From IMG/VR virus record IMGVR_UViG_3300007513_000009: a stretch of 64,000 bases of DNA, one strand, 5' to 3'. Positions 20,519 to 31,686 of this stretch are shown here, piece by piece; positions within the stretch are counted from its first letter, which is position 1; each line of letters starts with the position of its first letter. The notes beneath the pieces are model-generated. The model searched no databases and had not been told where the DNA came from. It worked only from the letters and a program-made list of their open reading frames with translations. This DNA is from a virus. A program made the translations under genes and the position numbers.

Positions 20519-21864
20519 AGTTAACACATTTACTTTCAGCAACAGTTTTAATAGAACATAAAAATACCAAAATTTTATGTGACCCTTGGTTAGAGGGTAA
20601 AGAGTATTATGGTTCTTGGAATGCCGGTGATCCGATCATTGGAGAGAAATTAGATATTGATTACAGTATGTTTGATGATGTTGATTACATCTACATATCA
20701 CATATTCATCCAGACCATATGAGTAAAACAACTTTGGATAAAATAAATAAAGATATACCTGTTTTGATTCATGAATATGATGAACAATTCGTTAAAAGTA
20801 ATTTGGAAAGGTGGGGTAGAAAAGTAATTGAATTAAAGCATGGAGAAAAGTTTCATTGTGGAGATGATTTAAATGTACATATTTTTGCGGCTGATGATTG
20901 TAATCCAGAAGTTTGTTTTAATTTTTTTGGTTGTGGTAAATCTAAAAGTATTGATGGGGGATCCACTGGAATAGATACAATGGCTGTGATAGAGAATGGT
21001 GAAAATTATATTTTGAATGTTAATGATTGTCCATATGAGTTATCTAAGTTGTGTTTGGATAGGGTGGTAAATCAATTTAATAAAATAGATTTACTTTTAG
21101 TTGGATATGCTGGTGCTGGTTCATATCCACAATGTTGGCATTATAGTGATGATGATAAGTTAAATAAATATGGAATGGATAAAAAGAATCATTTTTTAAA
21201 TATGGGGTTAGACTATATAAATCACACCAAACCAAAATATTATATGCCTTTTGCTGGGACTTATGTTTTAGGTGGTAAGTTCGCAAAGTTGGAGAGATTT
21301 AGAGTTGTTCCTACATTGGATGATGCTTTGAATTTTTATAAAAATAGGTGTGATGATTCTTTTGGTTTTTTATTAAATCCACTAAGTTATTTTGATTTAG
21401 ACACAAAAAAGACTTCATCAGAATATGTTCCAATTGATAGAGAGGAACAGATTAAATATTGCGAAGAGATTTTGATACATGACAAATATGATTACGAATA
21501 TGATGAAGAGCCAGAAGTTGGTCAGATAATGGAATTGATTCCTAAAGCTTACAAAAGATATGACCAAAAAAGAAAAGAACTTAGTTTTTCTACTGATACA
21601 AATATATATCTTTACCTTCCAAACAATAAAATGTTAAAAATATCTGCGGATGGTAGTGGTTACGATTTATTAGATAAAAGTGATTTTGATGATGAAAAGT
21701 ATGTTACATATAAAGTTGATTCAAAATTACTATATAGAATTTTAAGGGGGCCTAACTATGCACATTGGAATAATGCTGAGATAGGTTCTCATATACAATT
21801 TTCTAGAAAACCAGAGATATATGAAAGAAAACTATATTATTCAATGAACTTTTTCCATGGGTAA
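20515..21864 (+). CDS. Metallo-beta-lactamase-fold protein resembling the CMP-Neu5Ac hydroxylase (CMAH) catalytic domain, without Rieske domain
   Basis: DPWLEG...GSW, YIYISHIHPDH, ILNVNDC, PKYYMPFAG. Confidence 0.72.
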   Translation: MKLTHLLSATVLIEHKNTKILCDPWLEGKEYYGSWNAGDPIIGEKLDIDYSMFDDVDYIYISHIHPDHMSKTTLDKINKDIPVLIHEYDEQFVKSNLERWGRKVIELKHGEKFHCGDDLNVHIFAADDCNPEVCFNFFGCGKSKSIDGGSTGIDTMAVIENGENYILNVNDCPYELSKLCLDRVVNQFNKIDLLLVGYAGAGSYPQCWHYSDDDKLNKYGMDKKNHFLNMGLDYINHTKPKYYMPFAGTYVLGGKFAKLERFRVVPTLDDALNFYKNRCDDSFGFLLNPLSYFDLDTKKTSSEYVPIDREEQIKYCEEILIHDKYDYEYDEEPEVGQIMELIPKAYKRYDQKRKELSFSTDTNIYLYLPNNKMLKISADGSGYDLLDKSDFDDEKYVTYKVDSKLLYRILRGPNYAHWNNAEIGSHIQFSRKPEIYERKLYYSMNFFHG

Positions 21865-21867
21865 ATT

Positions 21868-22938
21868 ATGAAAGCATTCCAACCTACCATAACTAATAAA
21901 GATATACAATCTGTAACTGATGTATTAGCTGAAGGAAATATTGCCTTCGGTTCAAATGTAAATGTTTTTGAAGAGAGATTTTCTGAATATTCTAATAAAA
22001 AATATAACATAGGTTTAAATTCAGCATCATCTGCGTCTTATTGTTTGTTTGCTTATCTATATGATAAGTATGGTTCTTGTGATGTATATACACCATCAAT
22101 AGGTTTTACTTCACCTGCATGGGCTGCTAAAAAGAATAATCATAATGTATATTTTATTGATGTTGATGATAATTTGTTAGTTGATTATGAATCTTATTGG
22201 AATGTTAGAAAGTGGCATTTGGAGAGACAATTTAATAGTACATTTAATAAATCTGTCTTTATGCCTGTATTGTATGGTGGTGTAAGTAATATAGATGGTT
22301 TGATTAAAAGAGTTAGGGATACTAATTGGGGTGATATAATAGTAGTGGATTCTGCTCATTGTATTGAACCAACGATAGAATCAGATTACATATTTTTTTC
22401 ATTCCATCCAGTAAAACCATTGTCTATGAGTAGTGGTGGGATGTTGTCAACTGATGATATGGGTGCTTATGATTATATTTCTAAGTATAGAAATTTTGGC
22501 AGAGAGAATGTCGGTGATTCATATAATATAGTAGATAATGGATTTAAATTTTATATGGATAATTTAAATGCTACATTGGGTATATCACAACTTGATACTT
22601 GTTTTGAAAATATAAAAATTAGAAAAAAGAACTTGAATTATTTAAAGAAAAATATTAAAGTGGGGGTTGGTTTTTTTACAAAACATGATGAAAAATCTTC
22701 TTATTATTTGGGAACTTTAATTCTTCAAATTAGCTCAAAGGATTTGAGAAAGAGATTGCGAGATAATGGGTGTGCCGCTGATTTTGCTTATCCATTTTTA
22801 CATAAAACAAAATTTTGGGGAGGTAAACAACAATTATCTAATACTGAAAGTTTATATGATAGAATAATAAATTTACCAATTCATCAAAATTTAACTAAAG
22901 ATGATTTAGATAAAATAATAGAGGTTGTTAATGGATAG
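21868..22938 (+). CDS. pseC: PLP-dependent sugar aminotransferase (PseC/DegT-like)
   Basis: VDSAH, FFSFHPVK (PLP Lys), INLPIH. Confidence 0.8.
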   Translation: MKAFQPTITNKDIQSVTDVLAEGNIAFGSNVNVFEERFSEYSNKKYNIGLNSASSASYCLFAYLYDKYGSCDVYTPSIGFTSPAWAAKKNNHNVYFIDVDDNLLVDYESYWNVRKWHLERQFNSTFNKSVFMPVLYGGVSNIDGLIKRVRDTNWGDIIVVDSAHCIEPTIESDYIFFSFHPVKPLSMSSGGMLSTDDMGAYDYISKYRNFGRENVGDSYNIVDNGFKFYMDNLNATLGISQLDTCFENIKIRKKNLNYLKKNIKVGVGFFTKHDEKSSYYLGTLILQISSKDLRKRLRDNGCAADFAYPFLHKTKFWGGKQQLSNTESLYDRIINLPIHQNLTKDDLDKIIEVVNG

Positions 22939-23995
22939 AACATTTATTGTAGCAGATGTTGGTGCTAATCATAACAGAGATTTGGTTCAGGCCATGAGAC
23001 TTATAGATGTGGCTGTTGATGCAAAGGTTGATGCTGTAAAGTTTCAGACTTATTCTTCGGAAACATTATATTCTAAATATACTCCTGATTTTGCTGGATA
23101 TGAAAATATTACTAAATTAATAAAAGATATAGAGATGCCAAGGGATTGGCATAAAGTGTTAAAGTCTAAATGTGACGATAGTGGAATTGAATTTATGTCA
23201 ACACCATTTGATGAGAAAGCTGTAGATGAATTGTTTGAGTTGGGGGTGAAAAGATTTAAGATAGCTGGATTTGAATGCACTGATCCAAGATTTGTAAAAT
23301 ATGTTGCATCTACAAAATTACCACTTATTATTTCATTGGGTATCGGAACTAATGTAGATACTTTATTTAAAATTCAAAGGTGGATATTAGATTTGGATGA
23401 GGTGTTGGAAGTGCATTTAGGTACTTATGATTTTAGTGATAATCCAGATATAACTTACTTACATTGTAATAACGCTTATCCTACACCAATGGAAGATATA
23501 AATCTTGGACAAATGAAATCTATGAAATCTTATTGTGATTATCATAAGTGGTTTGCTAATACCAAAATTGGTTTGTCTGATCATACTGAGGGTATATTGA
23601 TACCACCTATTGCTGTATCTATGGGTGCAGAAGTTATTGAAAAACATTTTACTTTAGATAGAAGTTTATCAGGTCCAGACCATTCTTTTGCTATAGAGCC
23701 AAATGAATTAAAAGAGATGGTTAGGAATATCAGATTAGTTGAATCATCGATGGGTGAGAAAAAAACAAAGTATACGGATAGTGAAGAGGATTTTAGTATG
23801 GCTAGAAGATCTGTTGTGGCTAAAAGGGATATTCTTATGGGTAGTGTATTAACGGAAGAAAATATAACTACTAAAAGACCTTTACTTAAAAATTCAATTT
23901 CGGCAACGAAATATTTTGACATAATCGGAAAACAAATTAATGTTGATGTCAAAGAAGATGAAATAATATTAAAGGATATGATTTATTATGGTTAG
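22931..23995 (+). CDS. pseI: Nonulosonic acid synthase (PseI/NeuB) with SAF domain
   Basis: GANHN, AVKFQ, STPFD, LHC...YP, GLSDHT, IEKHFTLD, RRSVV. Confidence 0.9.
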   Translation: MDRTFIVADVGANHNRDLVQAMRLIDVAVDAKVDAVKFQTYSSETLYSKYTPDFAGYENITKLIKDIEMPRDWHKVLKSKCDDSGIEFMSTPFDEKAVDELFELGVKRFKIAGFECTDPRFVKYVASTKLPLIISLGIGTNVDTLFKIQRWILDLDEVLEVHLGTYDFSDNPDITYLHCNNAYPTPMEDINLGQMKSMKSYCDYHKWFANTKIGLSDHTEGILIPPIAVSMGAEVIEKHFTLDRSLSGPDHSFAIEPNELKEMVRNIRLVESSMGEKKTKYTDSEEDFSMARRSVVAKRDILMGSVLTEENITTKRPLLKNSISATKYFDIIGKQINVDVKEDEIILKDMIYYG

Positions 23996-24521
23996 AGGAA
24001 AGAAAGTATATCTCTCATCACTTGAAAGAGAGAATCTTGAGCAATTAAGACAATGGAGAAATTTACCAGAACTTAGAAAATACTTTAGAGAGTACAAAGA
24101 GATAGCAAAAGAAAATCAATCTAAGTGGTATGAAAATAGAGTTTTGAATAACAATGAGCAAGTTGATTTTGAAATTCATGATAATGAAACTGGCAAGCTG
24201 ATTGGACATTGTGGTTTATATTATATAGAGTGGTTACATAGTTACGCTGAATTCGGCATTTATATTGGTGACGATGATTTTCGTGGTGGTGGATATGGTT
24301 CTGATACTTTACGAGCATTGATTGGTTATGGATTTAATGATTTAAACTTAAATAAAATTTGGTGTGAGGTTTATGATAATAATGAGGCATTGGAAATGTA
24401 TAAGCATGTTGGTTTTGTTTATGAGGGTAAGATGAGGCAAAATTATTTTAATGAAGGCCGCTATTGGGATTCACACATACTTAGCATGTTAAGAGATGAG
24501 TATTATGAAAAATATAAATGA
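23988..24521 (+). CDS. pseH: GNAT N-acetyltransferase (PseH/RimJ-like)
   Basis: LRQWRN, RGGGYG, NNEALEMYKHVGF; located within the pse cluster. Confidence 0.7.
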   Translation: MVRGKKVYLSSLERENLEQLRQWRNLPELRKYFREYKEIAKENQSKWYENRVLNNNEQVDFEIHDNETGKLIGHCGLYYIEWLHSYAEFGIYIGDDDFRGGGYGSDTLRALIGYGFNDLNLNKIWCEVYDNNEALEMYKHVGFVYEGKMRQNYFNEGRYWDSHILSMLRDEYYEKYK

Positions 24522-25200
24522 TGTTTGTGTCATAGTGCAAGCTAGATTAGGTTCTCAAAGGATACCAAAGAAGATGATTAAACCATTTGCTGGTTCTACA
24601 TTGTTGGATATATTATTTGAGAAGTTAAATAAATCTAAAGTTATACCAAAAAGTAATATTCATTTTTCGGTGTATGATGATGAGCTGGAAGAGATTGGCA
24701 GAAAACATAAATTAAACATATATCATCGTTCAGAAAAATCTGCTAAATCGGAAGGTGATCCTCTTTATGAAATATTTGAATGGTTTGATGAATTGCCATA
24801 TAAGTATTTTATAATTGTTAGTGCATGTAATCCTTTGTTGAGGATAGAGACAATTGATAACTTTTTTACTAAGTTTATAGAATCCGATAAAGAAGGTTGT
24901 TTTGGTGTGTTTGAGAAAAAAACTTATTATTGGAATAAAGATGGCAAAGCTATAACTGATTGGAAAGGTTCTACAAGATTAAACAGTAAATTTATAGATC
25001 CGATATTTGAAGCGGCACATTGTCTATATGCTAGTAGAATGGATATAGTAGGTGACAATTTTTATATGGATACTAAATCACCTATAGAGCCAGAATTATT
25101 TGTTATGGATGAGTTAGAAACATTTGACATTGACTATCAATGGCAATTTGAAATAGGAGAGGTTATGTATGGAAAAGATAACATTTTGTATACCGAGTAA
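24496..25200 (+). CDS. pseF: CMP-nonulosonate synthetase (PseF/NeuA cytidylyltransferase)
   Basis: QARLGSQRIPKKMIKPF, NPLL, DIDYQWQF. Confidence 0.82.
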   Translation: MSIMKNINDVCVIVQARLGSQRIPKKMIKPFAGSTLLDILFEKLNKSKVIPKSNIHFSVYDDELEEIGRKHKLNIYHRSEKSAKSEGDPLYEIFEWFDELPYKYFIIVSACNPLLRIETIDNFFTKFIESDKEGCFGVFEKKTYYWNKDGKAITDWKGSTRLNSKFIDPIFEAAHCLYASRMDIVGDNFYMDTKSPIEPELFVMDELETFDIDYQWQFEIGEVMYGKDNILYTE

Positions 25201-26359
25201 GTCTAACTTACGGTATTTAAAGACTTGTATTCCATCTATAAGGAAAAATGCTTATAGAGATGATCATGATATAATTGTATTTGTTGATGAAGATAATGAT
25301 GGAACTATAGAGTGGCTGGATTCGGTAAAAGATGAATATAATTTTACTTATTCAGTAAATAATACAGATGGGTTATATGGAATAGGTAGAGCTTATGATT
25401 TTTGTGTAGAGAATTCCACCACAGATATATTTATGATATTTCATGCAGATATGATGTTAGGGAAATATGCGGACTTAAAGGCTTTTAACCACCTGAAGAA
25501 AAAGACTGTGGTTTGTTCAACTCGCATAGAGCCACCAATTCATCCAAATGCTGGAGAAAAGATTTTGGAAGATTTTGGGATGTGGCCAGAGGAGTTCAAA
25601 GAGACTGAGTTTGATGAGTATGTGACTGAACATTTGGAAGATGATAAGATAACTAATGGTATCTTTGCACCTTGGATGATGTACAAAGATGAGTTCCTTA
25701 AGATAGGTGGTCATGATTATATGTTTCGCTCGGCAAGAGAAGATAGTGATGTATTCAATAGACTGTATTTGGCTGGTTTTGAGTTCATACAGCCCTGGAA
25801 TAGTTTGGTTTATCATTTAACTGGTAGGGGTGGACAATTTCAACATGGTAAGATAACTCAGGAACATTCACAAAAAAGTGAAGAGTGGCAAAAGTTAATG
25901 AATAATTCAACAAAGGAGTTTATTCGTAAGTGGGGAACACAAGTTAAACACACACCATTGATGTTACCAATTGTTGCACCAAAGTACGACATTGGTTTTA
26001 AAGCTATGAATTGTAATATGGAGTTATTGAGAGCATTAGAACCGTGGTGTAGTAAGATATATTTAGATACTGGTTCAGATTATATGCATGATTATAAAAA
26101 AGAAGAACAACCTAATAGTGATTTTGATATAGATGAAAAAATAAAATTGTATGGAAATGCTGATTTAACAAAATATCATGATATTGTGGTAGAATTTGAT
26201 TGTAGAGAATTGACTAATGAAAAATTTCAAATTTTAACTAATCTATCTGAAATGCTGAAAGATTCTGGAGAAATTGGTGAAATGGAATATGATATTTTTA
26301 AATTTAAAATTAAGTCGTTAGACACATATGAAAAAGATTATGTTGTTTATGTAGAATAG
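25169..26359 (+). CDS. GT2 glycosyltransferase
   Basis: DEDNDGT, HADM, IGG.D, REDSD, VYHL. Confidence 0.85.
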   Translation: MEKITFCIPSKSNLRYLKTCIPSIRKNAYRDDHDIIVFVDEDNDGTIEWLDSVKDEYNFTYSVNNTDGLYGIGRAYDFCVENSTTDIFMIFHADMMLGKYADLKAFNHLKKKTVVCSTRIEPPIHPNAGEKILEDFGMWPEEFKETEFDEYVTEHLEDDKITNGIFAPWMMYKDEFLKIGGHDYMFRSAREDSDVFNRLYLAGFEFIQPWNSLVYHLTGRGGQFQHGKITQEHSQKSEEWQKLMNNSTKEFIRKWGTQVKHTPLMLPIVAPKYDIGFKAMNCNMELLRALEPWCSKIYLDTGSDYMHDYKKEEQPNSDFDIDEKIKLYGNADLTKYHDIVVEFDCRELTNEKFQILTNLSEMLKDSGEIGEMEYDIFKFKIKSLDTYEKDYVVYVE

Positions 26360-27000
26360 GTTATATTTATAAGTGTAATAGGAGTTATAATGGACAAATT
26401 AGGTTTATATATTAATAATTTAATGATGACAATTGTAGACAAAGAAGAGAAGTTTTTTTTAAGAAAACTTGCCTTTGAAGAATTGTTTAAATTAAAATCG
26501 GATACATCGGATTTTTTGGCAAGATATGTTGATGAGTTTGATGGGATACCCGATGAATTAAAAAGGGAAGAAAACAAAAAACAATTATTGTTTGAATTTG
26601 GAGAAAATAAAGAATGAAAGAACAATTAGATAAAATCAGAAAAGCTGTTGATGGAATATATGATGTGTTGAATGTAACATTATATAAAAAATCTGGTGGG
26701 AATACCAGTAAAGATGCCGTTAATCCATCTGAATTAGTAACACCTTATTTACAGGATATTGCAAATAAATTGAGACAATTAGAGGAGATGGGACAATGAA
26801 TGATCCAGCACAAGATAGATATGATCCGCCACCCCTGGGAAGTGATTGGGAAGAGGATTTCTTTTCAGAAATAAATACTGGTGTTATTTTTAGATTATTT
26901 CCTAATAGTCGAGATAAGCAATATCGTAAAAGTAGTGATAATTTTGCGACTGATTTGAAAGAGCAAGTTGAAGTACAATTTCCTTCACAGGAAAAAGTAT

Positions 27001-27504
27001 ATGTCAAGTCGTAGTTTTGAAAAACCAGTTAGAATACCGGGCAAGAAATTAGCCATAACAAAAAAAATGATTGAGGATGCTCAATCACAAACAAAATCAA
27101 ATTCAGCTGCTTCCCGATGGTTGGGTATAAATTATTTAACTTTTAGAAAATATGCTAAGATTTATGGATTATGGGAAGCTAATTTAAATCCACATGGATT
27201 TGGTATAAAGAAAGGTTATGGTAAATATCGAAAACCTTTGGATGAGATACTTGCAAAGAAAAATCGGAAGAATAGATTGAGCTCAAAGTATTTGAAAAAT
27301 AGGCTGATAGGAGAAAAGTGGGTTGAAGAAGAATGTACTTCTTGTGCTTATAATGAGATGGTGTTGGGTAAAGATCATGTTTATTTGCGTTTGGATTTTG
27401 CTGATGGTGATAGGGATAATTATGATATGTCAAATTTGAGATTATTATGCCCAAATTGTTTTTTATCATTTAATGGATGGTTTCCATCTGGGAAGAATTT
27501 TTGA
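27001..27504 (+). CDS. HTH + degenerate HNH-like Zn domain protein
   Basis: SAASRWLGINYLTFRKYAK (HTH); CTSC...DGDRDN...NLRLLCPNC lacking the His residues. Confidence 0.65.
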   Translation: MSSRSFEKPVRIPGKKLAITKKMIEDAQSQTKSNSAASRWLGINYLTFRKYAKIYGLWEANLNPHGFGIKKGYGKYRKPLDEILAKKNRKNRLSSKYLKNRLIGEKWVEEECTSCAYNEMVLGKDHVYLRLDFADGDRDNYDMSNLRLLCPNCFLSFNGWFPSGKNF

Positions 27505-27855
27505 TGAAGAGAAAAAAACTAATTTTATTAAAAGATCATTTTACTTCAGATGGAGCTCTATATAAAGATGAAATTGTATATTTACATTCGGATGATGAAA
27601 CAAATAAAAAATATAGAGTTGAATCTAAAATGGGTAAATTTTATACAATTGAACAAAATAAAGTAAAGGTATTAGAATGAAACAAGAGAAGGGTATTGTT
27701 GAAAAGGAAATTGCTCGTCCTGATGGTGTCATACATAAAACACAAATAGTTACTATTTTGCATGAGACAGCTATGAGTTATGCTGTTGAGTTGGATGGAA
27801 AGGTATTTCATAATATACCAAAACATTGTGTAAGGAAATTAGATCCAAAAATTAC

Positions 27856-27884
27856 TTGACATTTATCTTTTTTATATGTAAGTT
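27856..27884 (+). promoter_or_regulatory. sigma70-like promoter upstream of def
   Basis: TTGACA-17bp-TAAGTT. Confidence 0.55.
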
Positions 27885-27890
27885 AATCAT

Positions 27891-28511
27891 ATGAAAGAGA
27901 TGATTAGATTTTCATATCATCAACATGAAATAATAAATTGTTTCAAAGAGAATAATCCAGTTATAAACAAGAAACTGAGGGAGGTATCAGTAGATGAAGG
28001 ATTACATATCGCAAAAGATTTATTCAACATACTCACGGAAAGGAAAGATGGCATTGGGTTGGCTGCTAATCAAGTTGGGATCAATGCTAGTGTTGCTGTA
28101 CTTAATGTCCGCGAGCCAATTATCTTAATCAATCCTGTTATCGAAGAACAATGGGATGAGATTGATTATTATGAAGGATGTTTAAGTTATCCTGGAAAAG
28201 GAATCCACACTAAACGATATAAAAACATTATCGTTAAGACGGAACAAGAAGAAAGTGGATGGTATTTTAGTGGAACTGAATCTTCTACAGAAGCTAAGGG
28301 GACTTGGGAAAAGGAAGGAAAGAATCATGACCAAGAACAAAGGTTATTAGAAGCAATATGTGTTCAACATGAAATTGATCATTTAAATGGAATGACTATC
28401 CACGATAGGAAAATCGATACTACTATTAGAAACGAAAATAAAATTGGAAGAAATGAACCTTGTCATTGTGGTAGTGGTAAAAAATATAAAAAATGTTGTG
28501 AGAGAAAATGA
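27891..28511 (+). CDS. def: Peptide deformylase with C-terminal SEC-C motif
   Basis: [24 protein letters not shown]; [18 protein letters not shown]. Confidence 0.93.
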   Translation: MKEMIRFSYHQHEIINCFKENNPVINKKLREVSVDEGLHIAKDLFNILTERKDGIGLAANQVGINASVAVLNVREPIILINPVIEEQWDEIDYYEGCLSYPGKGIHTKRYKNIIVKTEQEESGWYFSGTESSTEAKGTWEKEGKNHDQEQRLLEAICVQHEIDHLNGMTIHDRKIDTTIRNENKIGRNEPCHCGSGKKYKKCCERK

Positions 28512-28951
28512 AAATAGATACAAATGATTTATCAGTTATGAAAGGATTTATGTCAAGTTATGGTTGGGTAAAAGGTAAGACAAGAACATCTATAGATTAC
28601 AAATCAGTACCAGACCATATATGTAAGGATTTTGATGATGATTGTATTGACATTCCGCGAACATATTGGGAATGTTGGGAATATGATTCAGAGTGTGGCG
28701 TATGTCCTTTTCTTATACAAGAAGTTACAGAAGAAATGAATAAATAATAATGGAAAAAAGTGAATTAAATAAAATAATAAAAGAAGTAAATAAATTAATG
28801 AAAAAATACTTAGGTGAAGGTAAATTAGAAGATAAAATAGAAAAATTACTTAAAGATGGAATTGTAGAAATTATAGGTTGTGATGATGTTGGTTTTCCTA
28901 TAGTTAAACCAACCGAAAAGGGTATGCAAATATTTAGGGATAATTACATTA

Positions 28952-29392
28952 GTGTTTGATAAAACAATAAAACTTACAGGCGAATATCCTAGTGATTGGA
29001 AACCACCAAATACTATTGTTGATATACAAAAAACATTTGCAGCATTTGATTTCTATGATGGTAGAATGATAGGTGGGTCTAAGTGGCAATATTCAGAACT
29101 TCATCCGAAGGATTTGGTTGTATACAATGCAAATGTATTGATGCCTGATTATGGTAAAGTGTGGTATGGTGATTTAAATCTTACAGAAGATTATTTAACA
29201 TTGAGAGAAATTGCTCAAATATTAAATACAGATTTATATATTTTGTGGGAAAGTGATGGAAGATTTGGTGAAGAAAATAACCCAATAGATGAATTGATGG
29301 AGAAGGCTGTTTGGAATACTAAAGAAGATATGCCAACTTTAGATTGGTTAAGTAAAAAAAGAAAGGCTAAATACGATGAAAGAACCACTTGA
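28952..29392 (+). CDS. Hypothetical phage protein
   Basis: 146 aa ORF in a run of overlapping ORFs. Confidence 0.5.
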   Translation: MFDKTIKLTGEYPSDWKPPNTIVDIQKTFAAFDFYDGRMIGGSKWQYSELHPKDLVVYNANVLMPDYGKVWYGDLNLTEDYLTLREIAQILNTDLYILWESDGRFGEENNPIDELMEKAVWNTKEDMPTLDWLSKKRKAKYDERTT

Positions 29393-29643
29393 TTTGAGTA
29401 AAAAAAGACCTGGACCGTGGGACAATGAAAAATTAAAATTGATTGATGAAAAATCTGGTGAAACATTATTGGAATGTAAAATTGGTGATAAGTATCATCA
29501 GTTACTTTTGGAAATTGGATTGAATGTGATATTGGAAAGGGCAGTATCTGAGTATGAGAGTGGTGGTGATTTTTTGGAGTATGTAAAGAACAGGCCTATG
29601 CAAGAATGGGAATCAAAATTAGATAAAGAGTGGACACCATTAG

Positions 29644-30159
29644 ATGAGTAAAGAATATCCAGATATAGTTGATTGGGAAGATTGTATTGAAGAGTGGGAT
29701 TCTTATTATGAGAAATGGTATGTCAAGTATATCATTGGACCCATCGGTACTGCGTATAGGTGGTTGAGAGAGTGGCCGTATCGTATCAAATATTATATGC
29801 AGCGTGGTCGTAGATGTTGGTCTGACCAAGATGCTTGGGCAATAGATTATTGGTTAGTAAGTGGTCTTATTCCAATGGTGGAGCGATTGAAGAAGGAGAA
29901 ATTGGGAGTACCATCGTCAATGTATAAAGATGAAGATAGCGTTAATGCAGTTTCAGTTCCAACTGATTTTGCTGATGTATTGGCAGAGCAACGATGGGAT
30001 AATATATTGGGCGAAATAATTTATGGTTTGAAGTGTGCTAAGAAACTTCAAGATCTTGATTTTGATTACGAAGATGAGGAATTGGGAATGAGGTTATCAA
30101 AGAGTTCTCAGCGCTCACTTGAATTGATAGGAGAACATTTATTTGCCTTATGGGATTAA
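29644..30159 (+). CDS. Conserved-type phage hypothetical protein
   Basis: YYMQRGRRCWSDQDAWAIDYWL...HLFALWD pattern often seen in phage ORFs. Confidence 0.5.
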   Translation: MSKEYPDIVDWEDCIEEWDSYYEKWYVKYIIGPIGTAYRWLREWPYRIKYYMQRGRRCWSDQDAWAIDYWLVSGLIPMVERLKKEKLGVPSSMYKDEDSVNAVSVPTDFADVLAEQRWDNILGEIIYGLKCAKKLQDLDFDYEDEELGMRLSKSSQRSLELIGEHLFALWD

Positions 30160-30552
30160 AAAATGAAACAAAAGATATACCTGTATCCAATAAAGATACT
30201 GTCAAAGATTTCAACCAGGTGGCCACTAAGAAGCCCGATGGTCAAGACAACGTGGTGGAAAAATCTAAATCTAAATCTAAATCCGAAGCTGGAAAAGGTG
30301 ATAAACTCAGACGAGGAATCTCACAGAACAAGTGGGGGGAAAAGTGGGAAAAAATTTTTGGAGTCGGAAAACATAGGAAAGAAAAAAAATGAAATCGCAA
30401 TTAAAAGTAATAAAAGAGTTGGTGAATAAATATCCTAATGATATGCAATTGGGAGCAGCTGTTAGAAGTTATCTGAATGAAAATTATTGGAGGTTAGAAA
30501 TGAAGAAAAAAACATCACCTAAAAGTAAATGGGAAAGAGAGCTTGATAAGAT

Positions 30553-31131
30553 ATGAAACAATTGATAAAAGATATATTGAAAGATGTGTCTAAAGGTCAA
30601 CCTAATTTAGAATCTGAAGCTGCTAGAGAGGTGGTATCTAATTTAATTATGGCTGGTATAAAATCTAAAGGTTGGTATTTGAATTTAAATACAATTAATG
30701 GTGATTCCCAAATCGATGTTTGTAGGCATGGAAATTCATTAAACAGTAATTGTTCTGAATGTGATGAAGAGCAGGCTAGAGAATCTTGGGTATGTGAAAT
30801 TTGTGGTAAATCTACATATGATGTTGATTATGATTATGTGGGTAGTGGAACTAACCACTTGGGATGTGAGTTAAAAATAGAAATAGATAATAAAGCCGGC
30901 ATTAATCCAAATGATGATTCTGATTATTATACAGGACCTGATGGTAGTTATGAAGTAGCAAAAGTATTAGGACATATGGATGAAGATGGAGAATTTATCA
31001 CAGAAAAAGAAACATATTCAGTAGTTGAAAATTTGGGTTGGGATGCTAAAGATAAGAAACAGAAAAAGATTGGCACGATTACTAAGGATGAATATGATAA
31101 ATTATATCCTTGGCATGAAGAAGAGGGGTAA
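30553..31131 (+). CDS. Hypothetical protein with Cys/His motifs
   Basis: CRHG...CSEC, CEICG...HLGC. Confidence 0.45.
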   Translation: MKQLIKDILKDVSKGQPNLESEAAREVVSNLIMAGIKSKGWYLNLNTINGDSQIDVCRHGNSLNSNCSECDEEQARESWVCEICGKSTYDVDYDYVGSGTNHLGCELKIEIDNKAGINPNDDSDYYTGPDGSYEVAKVLGHMDEDGEFITEKETYSVVENLGWDAKDKKQKKIGTITKDEYDKLYPWHEEEG

Positions 31132-31686
31132 TATGGATTATAAAAAAGAAAGAGATTTGCATTGGTTTAAGAGTGATTTTAGAATTAATTGGTTAAACTT
31201 TTTTGCATGGATAGTGTTTGTGCCAGTATTTGCTTTTTTTAGTTGGTATGGTTTATATAAATTAGTGATGTGGATGATGTATGGCTAGAGATATATTTGG
31301 AAATAGAAGAGTAACTAAAGAAGATTTGTATACCAAAAAAAGAGTAACTCATGCTGATGTGCGGGGTGAATATGTTAAAATGGTCATATGGATTTTAGCT
31401 GGGTATTTGTTTTTTCATTTTATAGTAATGGGGTGGGAGATATGAAACATAAAGATTATATGAAATTAATGAAGACACCATTTGAAGAACTATCGTTAGA
31501 AGACCAAAGAAAACGGACTACTGAATTTCAAAGACGAATGAAGATAGCAACAAAGTTTATGAGCGGTCTTAGAGATGGTAAGATAGATGAAGAATTTGTA
31601 GACTTGATGGAAGATGATGATCCGATGAAAGAAACGATAGAAACAATAAAAATAAAAATGAATGATAATTTAGAGGCAGAAGCGTA

